Of a stretch of 64,000 nt of DNA, positions 1-9,484 are shown piece after piece (within the stretch, counting starts at the first letter, position 1; each line of letters starts with the position of its first letter). Both the position numbers and the translations under genes were made by a program. This DNA is from a bacterium (GTDB taxonomy: Bacteria; UBA8248), in the NCBI GenBank assembly GCA_965204535.1, contig OZ241996.1:576001-640000 (forward strand), written 5' to 3'. A model generated the notes under the pieces. That model searched no databases. It was not told the DNA's origin and saw only the letters and a program-made list of their open reading frames with translations.

Positions 1-1054
1 TCCCAGTACTGGAAGATGGCGAGGTACTTCACGAACTCAACGCTCATCAACTGCCGCAGGTACCAGTAGATGAACGAACCCACCGCCGGCCCCAGGAAGG
101 TGCCCGCTCCTCCGAAAAGGGTGATGATGACGATCTGCCCCGAGGTGATGAAGTGGATGTTCTCGATCGGCACCGTCTCGCCGTAGATGATCGCCAGCGC
201 GCCCGCGACCCCCGAGATGGCCCCGCTCATCGTGAACGCCATGAGCCGCACTTTCGCCACGTTGTAGCCGCAGATGCGCGCGCGGTTCTCGTTCTCGCGG
301 ACGGCTCTGAGCACGTGGCCGAACGGCGAACGCAGCACCTGCCAGATGGCGGCGATGAATACGACGCTCACGATGAAGACGAAGTAATAGGTGATGTTCG
401 CGTCCATGATGCCCACGCGAAGGTTGATGGAGCCCAGCCGCATGTTCTCGAGACCCCCCAGCCCGTCCGTTCCGCCCGTGAGGTCGTCGAACGTCTGCGC
501 GGAGTAGTAGAAGATCATGCTGATCGAGAGCGTGACCATCGCGAAGTACACGCCGCGCTTCGTGCTGCAAATGGTGCCGATGAGCCAGGCGACGAAAGTC
601 GAGACGATGATGCAGGTGATGAGCGAGATTTCCAGGGCAGCACCTTGAAGGCGCTGACCATCCAGTCGGGGGCGTAGGTGCCGGGCTTGATCCAGGCGTG
701 CATGATGCCCACGGTGTAGCCGCCCACGCCGAAGAAGGCGCAGTGGCCCAGGCTGAGCATCCCGGTGTTGCCGAGCAGGATGTTGAAGGCGATGCCGAAG
801 AGCGTGTAGATGAGAATCTGGATCATCAGCGGCGTGCTCGGCACGAAGCCGCGGAACTCCGCGACGATCTCGGCGGTTTCCTCCCAGTCGTTGTCCTCGA
901 GCCAGATGATGGATTCGTTCAGGGCGTCGAACAGGAACGGGTATACCACCAGTATGGCGGCGAGTATCAGGATGCCGTAGTTGTCGAAGACTTCCGAGAG
1001 CCACGCCCAGAATTCCCTGGGTGTGAATCGGTTTTTTGGAGCAGCTGAGTCCAC
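1..1054 (-). CDS. Branched-chain amino acid ABC transporter permease (LivM-like); runs off the window start and has an apparent 1-nt frameshift near 635-637
   Basis: ORF 515..1054 has the LivM motif NILLGNTGMLSLGHCAFFGVGGY. The LivM-like sequence (KRGVYFAMVTL...DLTGGTDGLGG) continues in another frame after a GGG run at 635-637. Confidence 0.8.
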
Positions 1055-1086
1055 TTTAGAAATCTCTCCCGAGACGCAAAGGTACC

Positions 1087-2052
1087 TTAATCAAAAGCGC
1101 CTTCCTGGCCGAACAACCCTCTTGGTCTCAAGAGCAGGATCACCGCCATCACGATGAAGAGCAGGATGTCGGACGCTTTTTCCCAGAAATCGGGGCCGAT
1201 CACGGTGCCCGTCCAGTTCTGAACCACGTATTGGGTTCTGCCCACCAGGGGCGTGAGCGCCCATAGCTGGCCGAGGATCAGCCCGCCTATCACGGGGCCG
1301 ATGAAACTCCCCATGCCGCCCACGACGACCACGATGAAGGTCTGCACCAGGATGAGTTCGCCCATCGTGGCGTCCACCGCGAACAGGGGCGCTATCATGA
1401 CGCCGGAGAATCCGGCCAGGGCGATGCCCAGTCCGAACGTGAGTCGCCAGATGCGCGACACGTTGATGCCCAGCACCTTCACCATCGTGTTGTTGTTGGT
1501 TCCCGCGCGGATCATCATGCCCAGGTTCGTCTTGTAGATGAGCACCCAGAGGAGGGCGACGAGAATCGCCGCGGTGATGATGGTGAAGCTCCTGTAGGCC
1601 GTGATGTCGAGCGTACCCGTCTTGAAGAGCGAGAACTGGAACATCGGCGGGATGTTGAAGGGCTTTCCCGGCCTGCCCCAGATGAGGCGCACGAAGTCCG
1701 GCAGGAAGATGGACATGCCGAACATGATCAGCACGCCCGAGAAGCGCTCGTTCTCCGTATTGTATATTCTGCTGATGACGTATCGCTCAAAAACCATCCC
1801 GAGGGCGAACATGACGACGGGCACCATGGCGAGGGCCACGATGAAGCCCGCGTTCGGCCCGAGAAAGGGAGAGAATACGAGGTCCGAAACCGTGAAGCCC
1901 ACGTACGCGCCCAGCATGTAGAAGGCGCCGTGCCCGAAATTGATGATGCCCATCAGCCCGAATATGATCGAAAGACCCAGGGCCAGCAGAACCCAGAAGG
2001 AGCCCTGCACCAGCCCCAGGAACAGGTGCTGGACGAACTCCGAGAACTCCAC
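1087..2052 (-). CDS. Branched-chain amino acid ABC transporter permease (LivH-like)
   Basis: ALGLSIIFGLMGIINFGHGAFYMLGAY and VVVVGGMGS motifs; hydrophobic. Likely GTG start at 2052 (ORF track extends to 2106). Confidence 0.9.
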   Translation of the reverse strand: MEFSEFVQHLFLGLVQGSFWVLLALGLSIIFGLMGIINFGHGAFYMLGAYVGFTVSDLVFSPFLGPNAGFIVALAMVPVVMFALGMVFERYVISRIYNTENERFSGVLIMFGMSIFLPDFVRLIWGRPGKPFNIPPMFQFSLFKTGTLDITAYRSFTIITAAILVALLWVLIYKTNLGMMIRAGTNNNTMVKVLGINVSRIWRLTFGLGIALAGFSGVMIAPLFAVDATMGELILVQTFIVVVVGGMGSFIGPVIGGLILGQLWALTPLVGRTQYVVQNWTGTVIGPDFWEKASDILLFIVMAVILLLRPRGLFGQEGAFD

Positions 2053-2146
2053 ACCACCAGTTGCCAAAACACGCTCCTTGAGAACGGGGAAGTCGCAAGA
2101 GTGCAATGTCTAGGATGAAACGCCGCCTTTGTCAAACGCCGTGAGG

Positions 2147-2180
2147 AAAAGCCGGGGCGGCTGAAATCCAGCCGCCCCGG
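2147..2180 (-). terminator. Rho-independent terminator / mRNA-stabilising hairpin after the substrate-binding protein gene
   Basis: 12-bp perfect stem CCGGGGCGGCTG/CAGCCGCCCCGG followed by a short T tract on the minus strand. Confidence 0.65.
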
Positions 2181-2213
2181 TCAGCGTCCGATGGTGCCTC
2201 GATGCGCCGTTTC

Positions 2214-3500
2214 TTAGGCCCTTCTCTCGCTGGCGGGTTCTTTCAGGCCTTTCGCCTCGCAGGAGACGGTGTTGCCCTCGCCGCTCGAGGAGCCGATGAC
2301 CTCGATGTGATCGAATTTATCCTTCATCTCGGCCTTGGATTTGCCGCGCATCACGAACACTTCCGAGATGCAGACGTGGTCGCAGGGGCGAATCTCGCAC
2401 ACGCCCTTGCTGTACTGGAACTTCTTGCCTTCGAGCACCTTCGCGAGCTTGAAGTGGTCGCGGCGCTTGTAGAGCTTGGTCTCTTTCGCCGTGTCCAGAA
2501 TTAGCCGCGTGAGGTCGTGGGCGAGCATTCCGTAGCTCGAGCACGGCCGTTTGCGGCGCGCCAGAAACTTGTCGTTCAGCGTTTTGGCGGCCGGATACTT
2601 GCTCGCGAGAGAGGGGTGCCACATCATCGCCGCGTTGAAGCCGTCATAGGAGCCGAGTCCGGCGGCCTCGGGCATGGTGATCTCGGTGGCGCCGAGAACG
2701 ATCTTCACCTTCTTGTCGAGGCCGGCTTCGCGCGCCTGCTTGACGAAGGCGACTTGGCGCTGTCCCCAGTTGAGCGCGTAGACGACGTCGGGCTTCTCCT
2801 TCAAAATTCTCGGGAACGTCGCCGAATAGTCCATCGAGGTCGGGAAGGGCACCCACGATACGGAGCTGTTCGCGTTCCAGGTGAGGTTGAAGTCCTTCGT
2901 CAGCTTCTCGAAGGCGGGGATGAACATCTTGGGCCAGATGTAGTCGTCGAACACGCAGTGGATTTTCTTGCCCAGGTTGTTCTTAGCGATATAGGTGAGC
3001 GAACTGGCGCAAAGCTGATACGGCGTGGTGTTCGCCGTGAAGAACAGGGGCGACATCTTCTTCGCGTTCCCCGGGGTGGACATGATGTGCTGGGGATAGT
3101 TCGCATAGATGATCTTGCGCTTGCGGGAGAACTCGTTCAGGCGCACTTCTTCGGGGCCGACCATGGAGCCCGCGAGGAAGTCGATCCTGTGGTTGTCGAT
3201 CAGGTCGAGCGCGTGCGTGGTGGTCTGATCCCATTTGAACTGGTCGTCGCGGAAGAGCAGTTTGACTTCGCGTCCGTCCACGCCGCCTTCCTTGTTGACG
3301 TCCTCGATGGCGATCTTGACGCCTTCCACCTGGTCGAACGCCTCGGTGGAGTAGGGGCCCGTCGTCGGGTGGATGGAACCCCACTTGATCGGCCGGGCGC
3401 CGAGTCCCTCTCTCAGGAAGGGGGGCGCGGTCTGCGCGGCCACGATGCCGCCGATGAGGCCTGCGCCTTTCAGGAATTTTCTTCTGTCCAAACGACTCAT
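2214..3500 (-). CDS. ABC transporter substrate-binding protein (LivJ/Peripla_BP_6-like) with Tat signal
   Basis: N-terminal DRRKFLK twin-arginine motif; AIEDVNKEGGVDGREVKLLFRDD; adjacent to liv permeases; GGAGG RBS. Confidence 0.9.
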   Translation of the reverse strand: MSRLDRRKFLKGAGLIGGIVAAQTAPPFLREGLGARPIKWGSIHPTTGPYSTEAFDQVEGVKIAIEDVNKEGGVDGREVKLLFRDDQFKWDQTTTHALDLIDNHRIDFLAGSMVGPEEVRLNEFSRKRKIIYANYPQHIMSTPGNAKKMSPLFFTANTTPYQLCASSLTYIAKNNLGKKIHCVFDDYIWPKMFIPAFEKLTKDFNLTWNANSSVSWVPFPTSMDYSATFPRILKEKPDVVYALNWGQRQVAFVKQAREAGLDKKVKIVLGATEITMPEAAGLGSYDGFNAAMMWHPSLASKYPAAKTLNDKFLARRKRPCSSYGMLAHDLTRLILDTAKETKLYKRRDHFKLAKVLEGKKFQYSKGVCEIRPCDHVCISEVFVMRGKSKAEMKDKFDHIEVIGSSSGEGNTVSCEAKGLKEPASERRA

Positions 3501-3587
3501 GGATTTCTCCTCCTTGTGGTGATGAATGACATGAGGACGTTGCGAATCATGCTGCCAATGCCCCTTTGAAATGGTTTCGATGGAAAA

Positions 3588-3616
3588 ATCATAGAATCTC
3601 GCTATGGCGATGTCAA
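3588..3616 (-). promoter_or_regulatory. sigma70-type promoter for the substrate-binding protein operon
   Basis: TTGACA-17 nt-TATGAT on the minus strand, about 90 nt upstream of the start codon. Confidence 0.6.
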
Positions 3617-3791
3617 CAACTCAAAAACGGGGGATTTCCTCGTTTACTGTTTCGACAATTTCATGGGTGAACCGGTGCGTCGGGACGCATTCTTTTGACA
3701 TTCAAGGGCGCGTGTGTCTCTTATGCCCGAATCTTTCGGTAGGTTGTTTCCCTGCAGTACGGCTTTCACGAGCAATCATCATTCGAGGAGT

Positions 3792-4229
3792 ATGAAAATG
3801 TTCAAGAAGATTCATCATGTGGGCCTCATCACGGACGACATGGAGCGCACTGTGAGGATGTTCCAGGAAAAACTCGGCTGCGAGCCGAACCGCGTGCAGG
3901 TGGCCGACACCGGCTGGGCGCACGCCACGTTCCTGAGGATGGGCGACGTGGAAATCGAGATCATGCAGCCCTACGACCCGGAGAACCTCTACACGAAGAT
4001 GCTCGATCGAAACGGCGGTCCCTGCCTCTCGCACATCGCGCTCTCCACACCGGATACGGGAGCGGCGGGCAGGCATTTCACGGATAGCGGCGTGAAGTTC
4101 CTGGACGGCTTCGGCCCGGGCACCTACACCCCCCGGGGGTATGAAATCCTCTTTCTCCACCCCGATGAAACCGAGGGCATCGTGATACAGGTGGCCTCCG
4201 ACGTCCCCGCAAAAGATATGGGGTATTGA
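3792..4229 (+). CDS. VOC family protein (methylmalonyl-CoA epimerase/glyoxalase-like)
   Basis: KIHHVGL...EIEIMQP...LSHIAL...FLHP pattern; GAGGAG RBS before ATG 3792. Confidence 0.8.
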   Translation: MKMFKKIHHVGLITDDMERTVRMFQEKLGCEPNRVQVADTGWAHATFLRMGDVEIEIMQPYDPENLYTKMLDRNGGPCLSHIALSTPDTGAAGRHFTDSGVKFLDGFGPGTYTPRGYEILFLHPDETEGIVIQVASDVPAKDMGY

Positions 4230-4279
4230 GACTATACGGCGAGACTGAACAGGCGCTTCACGCGCTTCTCTGCTTTAGT

Positions 4280-4516
4280 GGGCTGTTGAAAAAGTCCCCG
4301 TCGGGGGACATTGCCTTTAGAGGGAAGGGCGCTTTCGCGCGAACCCCCTACCCCCCCTTGTCAGGGGGGTAAAAAAAGGCGATACGCTCCGCCGGGCTGA
4401 GGGGGCTTTGCTTTTTCTTGCCCCCCTGACAAGGGGGGGTAGGGGGGGGTGACGTTATGGGATTTCGCTTTCAGGAGGGGTGCCATTACCTTCTCAGGAG
4501 CTTTTTCAACAACCCC
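4280..4516. mobile_element. MITE-like modular repeat, copy 1
   Basis: Terminal inverted repeats GGGCTGTTGAAAAAG / CTTTTTCAACAACCCC enclose a ~108-bp core with inverted ends CCCCCTACCCCCCCTTGTCAGGGGG. The core recurs at ~27824, ~36764 and ~38639. Confidence 0.75.
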
Positions 4517-4578
4517 TTTCGGGGAAGGACAGGCTTATCGGGGAAGGTGCGTGACTAAGGGAGGATGACGCTTCGCCC

Positions 4579-5310
4579 TCACGCGCCGAGGTAGTATTTC
4601 TTCACGAGTTCGTGGCCGGCGAGGGCTTCGGTGTCCTCGCCCGCGAAGGCGATCTCCCCGTGGACGATGATGTAGCCCCTGTCCGCTATCTTGACCGCCT
4701 GGTTGAAGTTCTGCTCGGCCATGAGAACGGTGAGCTGGTATTCTTCTTTCAGTTCGCGGATCTTGGCGATCACCCGGCTCACGAGGATGGGCGCCAGGCC
4801 CACGGAGGGCTCATCCACCAGGAGCACCTTGGGCGCGGACATGAGCGCGCGGGCCACGGCCAGCATCTGCTGTTCACCCCCGCTCATGCTGCCCGCGAGC
4901 TGGTTCTTGCGCTCGGCGAGCACCGGGAACGCCTCGAAGGAGAAGGCGAGGTTGCGGTCGATGCCGCGGCGGGCTTCTTCGCGGTAGGCGCCCAGGAGGA
5001 GGTTTTCCTCCACCGTGAGGCGCGGGAACAGGCGCCGGCCCTCGGGCACGAGCGCCACGCCGAGGTTCACGATTTCCTCGGGATTCCTGCCCGTCAGGCT
5101 GATGCGCTCGCCGTCGGCTTCGAGATAAATCTCGCCCTCATCGGGCTGGATGATCCCCATGATGCACTTGATGAGCGTGCTCTTGCCGTTGCCGTTGGTG
5201 CCCAGGAGCACCACGGTTTCCCCGTCGTTCACCTCGATGGAGACCCCGTGCAGGACGCGCACGGCCCCGTAGCCCGCGGATACGTTGTCGACGACGATGC
5301 TATGCGCCAA
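4579..5310 (-). CDS. Branched-chain amino acid ABC transporter ATP-binding protein (LivF-like)
   Basis: Walker A GTNGNGKST, signature MSGGEQQ, Walker B LLVDEP; likely TTG start at 5310. Confidence 0.9.
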   Translation of the reverse strand: MAHSIVVDNVSAGYGAVRVLHGVSIEVNDGETVVLLGTNGNGKSTLIKCIMGIIQPDEGEIYLEADGERISLTGRNPEEIVNLGVALVPEGRRLFPRLTVEENLLLGAYREEARRGIDRNLAFSFEAFPVLAERKNQLAGSMSGGEQQMLAVARALMSAPKVLLVDEPSVGLAPILVSRVIAKIRELKEEYQLTVLMAEQNFNQAVKIADRGYIIVHGEIAFAGEDTEALAGHELVKKYYLGA

Positions 5311-6025
5311 GGTAGGCCCTTTCCACGTCCTTGTTGTTGACGATCTCATCGGGCGTCCCCTCGGCGATCTTCTCGCCTGCGTCGAGGACGACGATGCGCT
5401 CCGAGAAGTTCATGACCGCCCGCATGATGTGCTCGATCATGATGACGGTGAGGCCCTCTTCGTTCAGGCGCACGAGAATTTCGAGAATGTCGTCCACCTC
5501 GGTGTTGGAGAGACCTGCCATGGCCTCGTCCGATATGAGGAGCTTCGGCTTGGCCGCCATCGCGCGGGCGAGTTCGAGCTTTCGCAGTTCGATCTGCGTG
5601 AGCCCCCCGGTCCGCACGTCTGCTTTGTCCGCCATGCTCATGAGTTCGAGTATCTCCATCGCCTCGCCGCGAAGCTCCACCCCGTGGGAGTGCTGGTGGG
5701 CGGCGTATTCAAGCGGGATGCAGAGGTTCTCGATCACCGTCATGCTGACGAAGGGCTTGGGAATCTGGAAGCTGCGCGAGATGCCGAGGCGCGTTCGCTG
5801 GTAGGCGGGAATCCTGGTGATGTCCTGTCCTGCGAAGACGATGTTTCCCTCGTCGTTGGCCAAAGCGCCCGAGATGCAGTTGATCATCGTCGTCTTGCCC
5901 GAGCCGTTGGGGCCGATGAGGCCGAAACGCTCGTTTTCCTTCACGTGCAGATCCACGCGGGTGAGCGCGCTGAATCCGCCGAAGCGCTTCGTGACGCCGT
6001 GCACGTCGAGGAGGTTTTCGCTCAT
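5300..6025 (-). CDS. Branched-chain amino acid ABC transporter ATP-binding protein (LivG-like)
   Basis: MSENLLDVHGVTKRFGG, Walker A GPNGSGKTT, C-terminal VERAYLG; start overlaps the upstream stop. Confidence 0.9.
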   Translation of the reverse strand: MSENLLDVHGVTKRFGGFSALTRVDLHVKENERFGLIGPNGSGKTTMINCISGALANDEGNIVFAGQDITRIPAYQRTRLGISRSFQIPKPFVSMTVIENLCIPLEYAAHQHSHGVELRGEAMEILELMSMADKADVRTGGLTQIELRKLELARAMAAKPKLLISDEAMAGLSNTEVDDILEILVRLNEEGLTVIMIEHIMRAVMNFSERIVVLDAGEKIAEGTPDEIVNNKDVERAYLGA

Positions 6026-6984
6026 TACGCCGTCCTCCCCGCGATGCGCGCGCGAATCTTGCCGAACAGGCCCACGAGGCCGTCGGGCGCGAACACCACG
6101 AAGCCCACGAGCAGGCTGCCCACGATGAGCAGGTTCATTTCCGAAGAGAGGGTGACGGTGGCTATCTGCTGGGCCGTGCCCACGAGAACAGCGCCGACCA
6201 GCGGGCCCAGCCAGGTAGTGGTTCCGCCGATCATGGGCATGGCCAGGCTGTTCACGGCGTAGTCGAGGTGAAACGCCGAAGTGGGTTCGATGTAGACGAC
6301 GAAATAGGAAAACGGCGCGCCCGCGACTCCCATCAGCGCGCCGCTCACCGTGGTGGCGAACAGCTTGAGCTTGAGGATGGGCACGCCCATGCACTCGGCC
6401 GCTTCTTCGTTGTCGCGGATGGCGGCCATTCCCCGCCCGACCCAGGATTTCTCGATGAGCCAGGCGACGGCCACGGAGACCACGGCGAGCGCCGCCATGA
6501 CGAAGAAGAGGAACTCGTCGTAGTTCGAGAACATCGGCACGCTCCTGGGCTTCAGGATGGCCGTGCCCGCGCCCCCGCCCACATAGCTCCAGTTCGAGAT
6601 GATCATCTGGAGCACGACGGCCAGCGCCAGCGTGGCGATGGAGAAGAACACGCCCTTGAGCCTCAGGGTCAGGTAGCCGATGCCGAGTCCCAGAAGGCCC
6701 GAGACGAGGCCGCCCATGACGAGCAGCACGTAGAGGGGCGGCTTCCAGGTCTTGATGAGCGCCACGGCGGTATAGGCGCCCATGGCGAAGAACGCCGCCG
6801 TGCCGAAGTTCACGTAGCCGGTGTAGCCGCCCAGGATGTTCCACGCGGTGGCCAGGACGACGTACTGCAACACGACGTAGGCCGCCTTGTAATAGAAGCG
6901 GTTTTCCATCTGGGTCGTGATGAGGAAAGAACCGACGATCAGTACGGCGGCCACGATGAGGAAGAGCTTCCTTTCCTTGCTCAA
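6025..6984 (-). CDS. Branched-chain amino acid ABC transporter permease (LivM-like)
   Basis: WNILGGYTGYVNFGTAAFF, LRLKGVFFSIATL and AIRDNEEAAECMG motifs. Confidence 0.9.
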   Translation of the reverse strand: MSKERKLFLIVAAVLIVGSFLITTQMENRFYYKAAYVVLQYVVLATAWNILGGYTGYVNFGTAAFFAMGAYTAVALIKTWKPPLYVLLVMGGLVSGLLGLGIGYLTLRLKGVFFSIATLALAVVLQMIISNWSYVGGGAGTAILKPRSVPMFSNYDEFLFFVMAALAVVSVAVAWLIEKSWVGRGMAAIRDNEEAAECMGVPILKLKLFATTVSGALMGVAGAPFSYFVVYIEPTSAFHLDYAVNSLAMPMIGGTTTWLGPLVGAVLVGTAQQIATVTLSSEMNLLIVGSLLVGFVVFAPDGLVGLFGKIRARIAGRTA

Positions 6985-6988
6985 GGAG

Positions 6989-7861
6989 CTACCTCCCGAA
7001 CAGGCCGGACGGCCGGACCGCCAGGCAGATAAGCAGAATGCCGAACGAGACGGCCAGCGCCCACGAGGGGCCGAAGAATGAAGAGGTGAAGCTCTCCGCG
7101 ACGCCCAGGATGAGCCCGCCCACGAGCGTGCCCGTCATACTGCCGAGCCCGCCGAGCACGGTGACCGCGAACACGCGGCCGATGTATTCGCGCCCGATGG
7201 TCGGCTCGACCGGACCGATGATGATGAGCAGGGAGCCTGCGATCACGGCGGTGGCGATGCCGATGCCGAAGGCGACCGTCTTGATGCGGATGGGGTCCAC
7301 CCCCATGAGCTGGACGGCGAGGCTGTCCTGCGCCACGCCCATGATGGCGCGGCCGAAAAAGGTTTTTGTGAGAAACAGGTACAGGACGGCGGCGAGTATT
7401 CCCCCCACGAGGAAGGGCACGAACAGCCGGTAGGCGATTCCGACCGAGCCGATGGATGTGGACTTGCCGATGTAGAAGGCGCGGACGAGGCGGTAGTCCA
7501 CCCCGTAGGTGATGATGAGAATGACCTCGATGAGGAAAAAGAGTCCGAAGAAGAACACCAGTCCGCGCAGGGATTCCGCTCCCGTTTTTTCAAAGCAGTT
7601 GTAGTAGATTCGATATACCGCGACGCCCAGAAAATAGGAGGGAACCGCGAAGACGAGGCCCGCGAGTATCGGGTCGAACCCGAAGTGCTCGTTCACATAG
7701 AAGGTAAGATAGGAGCCGAAAATGATGAAGGCCGGATGAGCGATGTTCACGACGTCCAGCAGGCCGAAGGAGAGCGAAAGTCCGGCGCTCATCGCGGCAT
7801 AGAAGCCTCCCAGCAGGAGGCCCGCGACGAGCGCGTTCAACAAGAATTCGATGCTGAGCAT
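6989..7861 (-). CDS. Branched-chain amino acid ABC transporter permease (LivH-like)
   Basis: GLSLSFGLLDVVNIAH and VLGGLGS motifs; operon context. Confidence 0.9.
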   Translation of the reverse strand: MLSIEFLLNALVAGLLLGGFYAAMSAGLSLSFGLLDVVNIAHPAFIIFGSYLTFYVNEHFGFDPILAGLVFAVPSYFLGVAVYRIYYNCFEKTGAESLRGLVFFFGLFFLIEVILIITYGVDYRLVRAFYIGKSTSIGSVGIAYRLFVPFLVGGILAAVLYLFLTKTFFGRAIMGVAQDSLAVQLMGVDPIRIKTVAFGIGIATAVIAGSLLIIIGPVEPTIGREYIGRVFAVTVLGGLGSMTGTLVGGLILGVAESFTSSFFGPSWALAVSFGILLICLAVRPSGLFGR

Positions 7862-7890
7862 GGATGCTCTCCTCCCGCGAGCCGGACGCG

Positions 7891-7916
7891 GACCGGGGGG
7901 CCGTTTCCCCCCGGTC
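7891..7916 (-). terminator. Intergenic hairpin after the substrate-binding protein gene
   Basis: GACCGGGGGG...CCCCCCGGTC inverted repeat; no clear U tract. Confidence 0.45.
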
Positions 7917-7936
7917 GCAGCATTATGTCCGGTTCG

Positions 7937-9196
7937 TTACTTGCCCTTCGCGTATGGGTAGATGAAGTTTCCGGACTTGAACTCCTCGGGATACACCACC
8001 ACCATCTTTCCTGCTTTGCTGAACTCGCTCATCTTGTTGCTCTCGATGTTCTGCAGTTGAACCTGGAACGTCCGGGAAGTCGCCCATTCGCCGTTCTTGC
8101 CGAACTTCACGTCTCCGACCACGGTCGAATGGGTGTTGTTGCGGATGTAGGCGCCGATCTTCGCCTGATCGAAGCTCTTGGTGGCCTCGATCGCATTTCC
8201 GAGCAACTGAACGTAGGCGTAGGCGAACGGCGGCAGGTAGTAGCCCAGCGGGTCGAGTTTCTGCTTGGGCGCTTCTTTCTGGTATTTCGCCAGGAATGCC
8301 TCGATGCCGGGGAACTTCAGGGTCTTCTCCGGCGCCCAGAACCAGTAGTCCGTGATGCCGTTCAGCAGTTTGCCGAGGTTCATCTGGATGGCGGTGTACT
8401 GAAGGCCCACCATGCCGCCGCCGAAGAGCTTGGGTTCCAGTTTGATCTCATGTGCGGCCTTCACGATGCCCACCGATCCGCCCGGGTAGGAGCCCACGTA
8501 GAAGAGATCCGGGTTCGCTGCCTTGACCGCGCGCAGAATCGGCGTGAAGTCGGTCGTGCCGGGGAAGGGGTAGCGCTTGTCGTAGACTATCTTGAAGCCG
8601 AATTTCTTCGCGTTCCGGCGGGCGCCGGCCACGGCGTTGCGAGCGAATTCCGCATCCGCGGAGAGCAGCGCTATCGTCTTTGGACGGGGCTTTTGCTTCG
8701 CGGCGAGTTCGAAGAAGCCGCGCGACCAGTCCACAATCGGGTCGGGACCGGCCGGCATGATCTGAAAGTAGTTGTTGTATTTGAACTTCGCGTTCGCGTC
8801 CAGGCCGAACAGGCCCATGAACACCATGCCGCGCTCCATCGCGATGGGCAGGGCGGGAACGATGAGGTTCGTCCCGTAGCCCGATACGATGAAGTCCACC
8901 TTGTCCACGTCGAGCAGCTTGGCGTAGATGCCCGGTACGTTGGCCGGCTTGGTCTGATCATCGTAATAGACCAGCTTGACCTTGCGGCCGAGCAGTCCGC
9001 CCTTGGCGTTTACGTCGTCGCGCCAGATCTGCATGGCCAGAAGCGCCGCCTTGCCCGCGGGGCCGAGCGGTCCGGTGAGCGCCATGCTGAAGCCTATCTT
9101 CACTTCCTTGGCCGCCTGCGCCATAGGCGTGAAGGCGATGCTCACTGCGAGGAGCAGCGCAAACCCGAGAATAACGTGCCTGATTATCCTGCCCAT
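7937..9196 (-). CDS. Amino acid/amide ABC transporter substrate-binding protein (LivJ-like)
   Basis: Sec-pathway signal peptide (AQA/AKE); VNAKGGLLGRKVKLVYYDD motif; GAGGGAG RBS before ATG 9196. Confidence 0.9.
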   Translation of the reverse strand: MGRIIRHVILGFALLLAVSIAFTPMAQAAKEVKIGFSMALTGPLGPAGKAALLAMQIWRDDVNAKGGLLGRKVKLVYYDDQTKPANVPGIYAKLLDVDKVDFIVSGYGTNLIVPALPIAMERGMVFMGLFGLDANAKFKYNNYFQIMPAGPDPIVDWSRGFFELAAKQKPRPKTIALLSADAEFARNAVAGARRNAKKFGFKIVYDKRYPFPGTTDFTPILRAVKAANPDLFYVGSYPGGSVGIVKAAHEIKLEPKLFGGGMVGLQYTAIQMNLGKLLNGITDYWFWAPEKTLKFPGIEAFLAKYQKEAPKQKLDPLGYYLPPFAYAYVQLLGNAIEATKSFDQAKIGAYIRNNTHSTVVGDVKFGKNGEWATSRTFQVQLQNIESNKMSEFSKAGKMVVVYPEEFKSGNFIYPYAKGK

Positions 9197-9484
9197 TTTT
9201 TTCTCCCTCTCGATTTCAACTGTAGAGTTTGTCGTTTCGAGACGCCACGCCGCACGAGGTGCGGCAACAAATTCACACTTCCATTTCATTGATTCGGCGG
9301 CGAAATTTACCACAAAACAACCCGCTTCACAATAACTCCATAATAAATAAAGGATTTCAGGGAGAGAGTACGGGTGAAGGGGAGCATCTCTTTCGAGCAG
9401 GTGCGACGGATCAACCTGGGAGGACCAGCGCATCACTGAACGGTGAAATCCCTGGGAAAGTACGTCTAATGTTGACTTGTCGCC

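Noticed and set aside
9200-9480. Riboswitch in the long leader upstream of the second liv operon
   Set aside because: No recognisable aptamer consensus or convincing terminator was seen.
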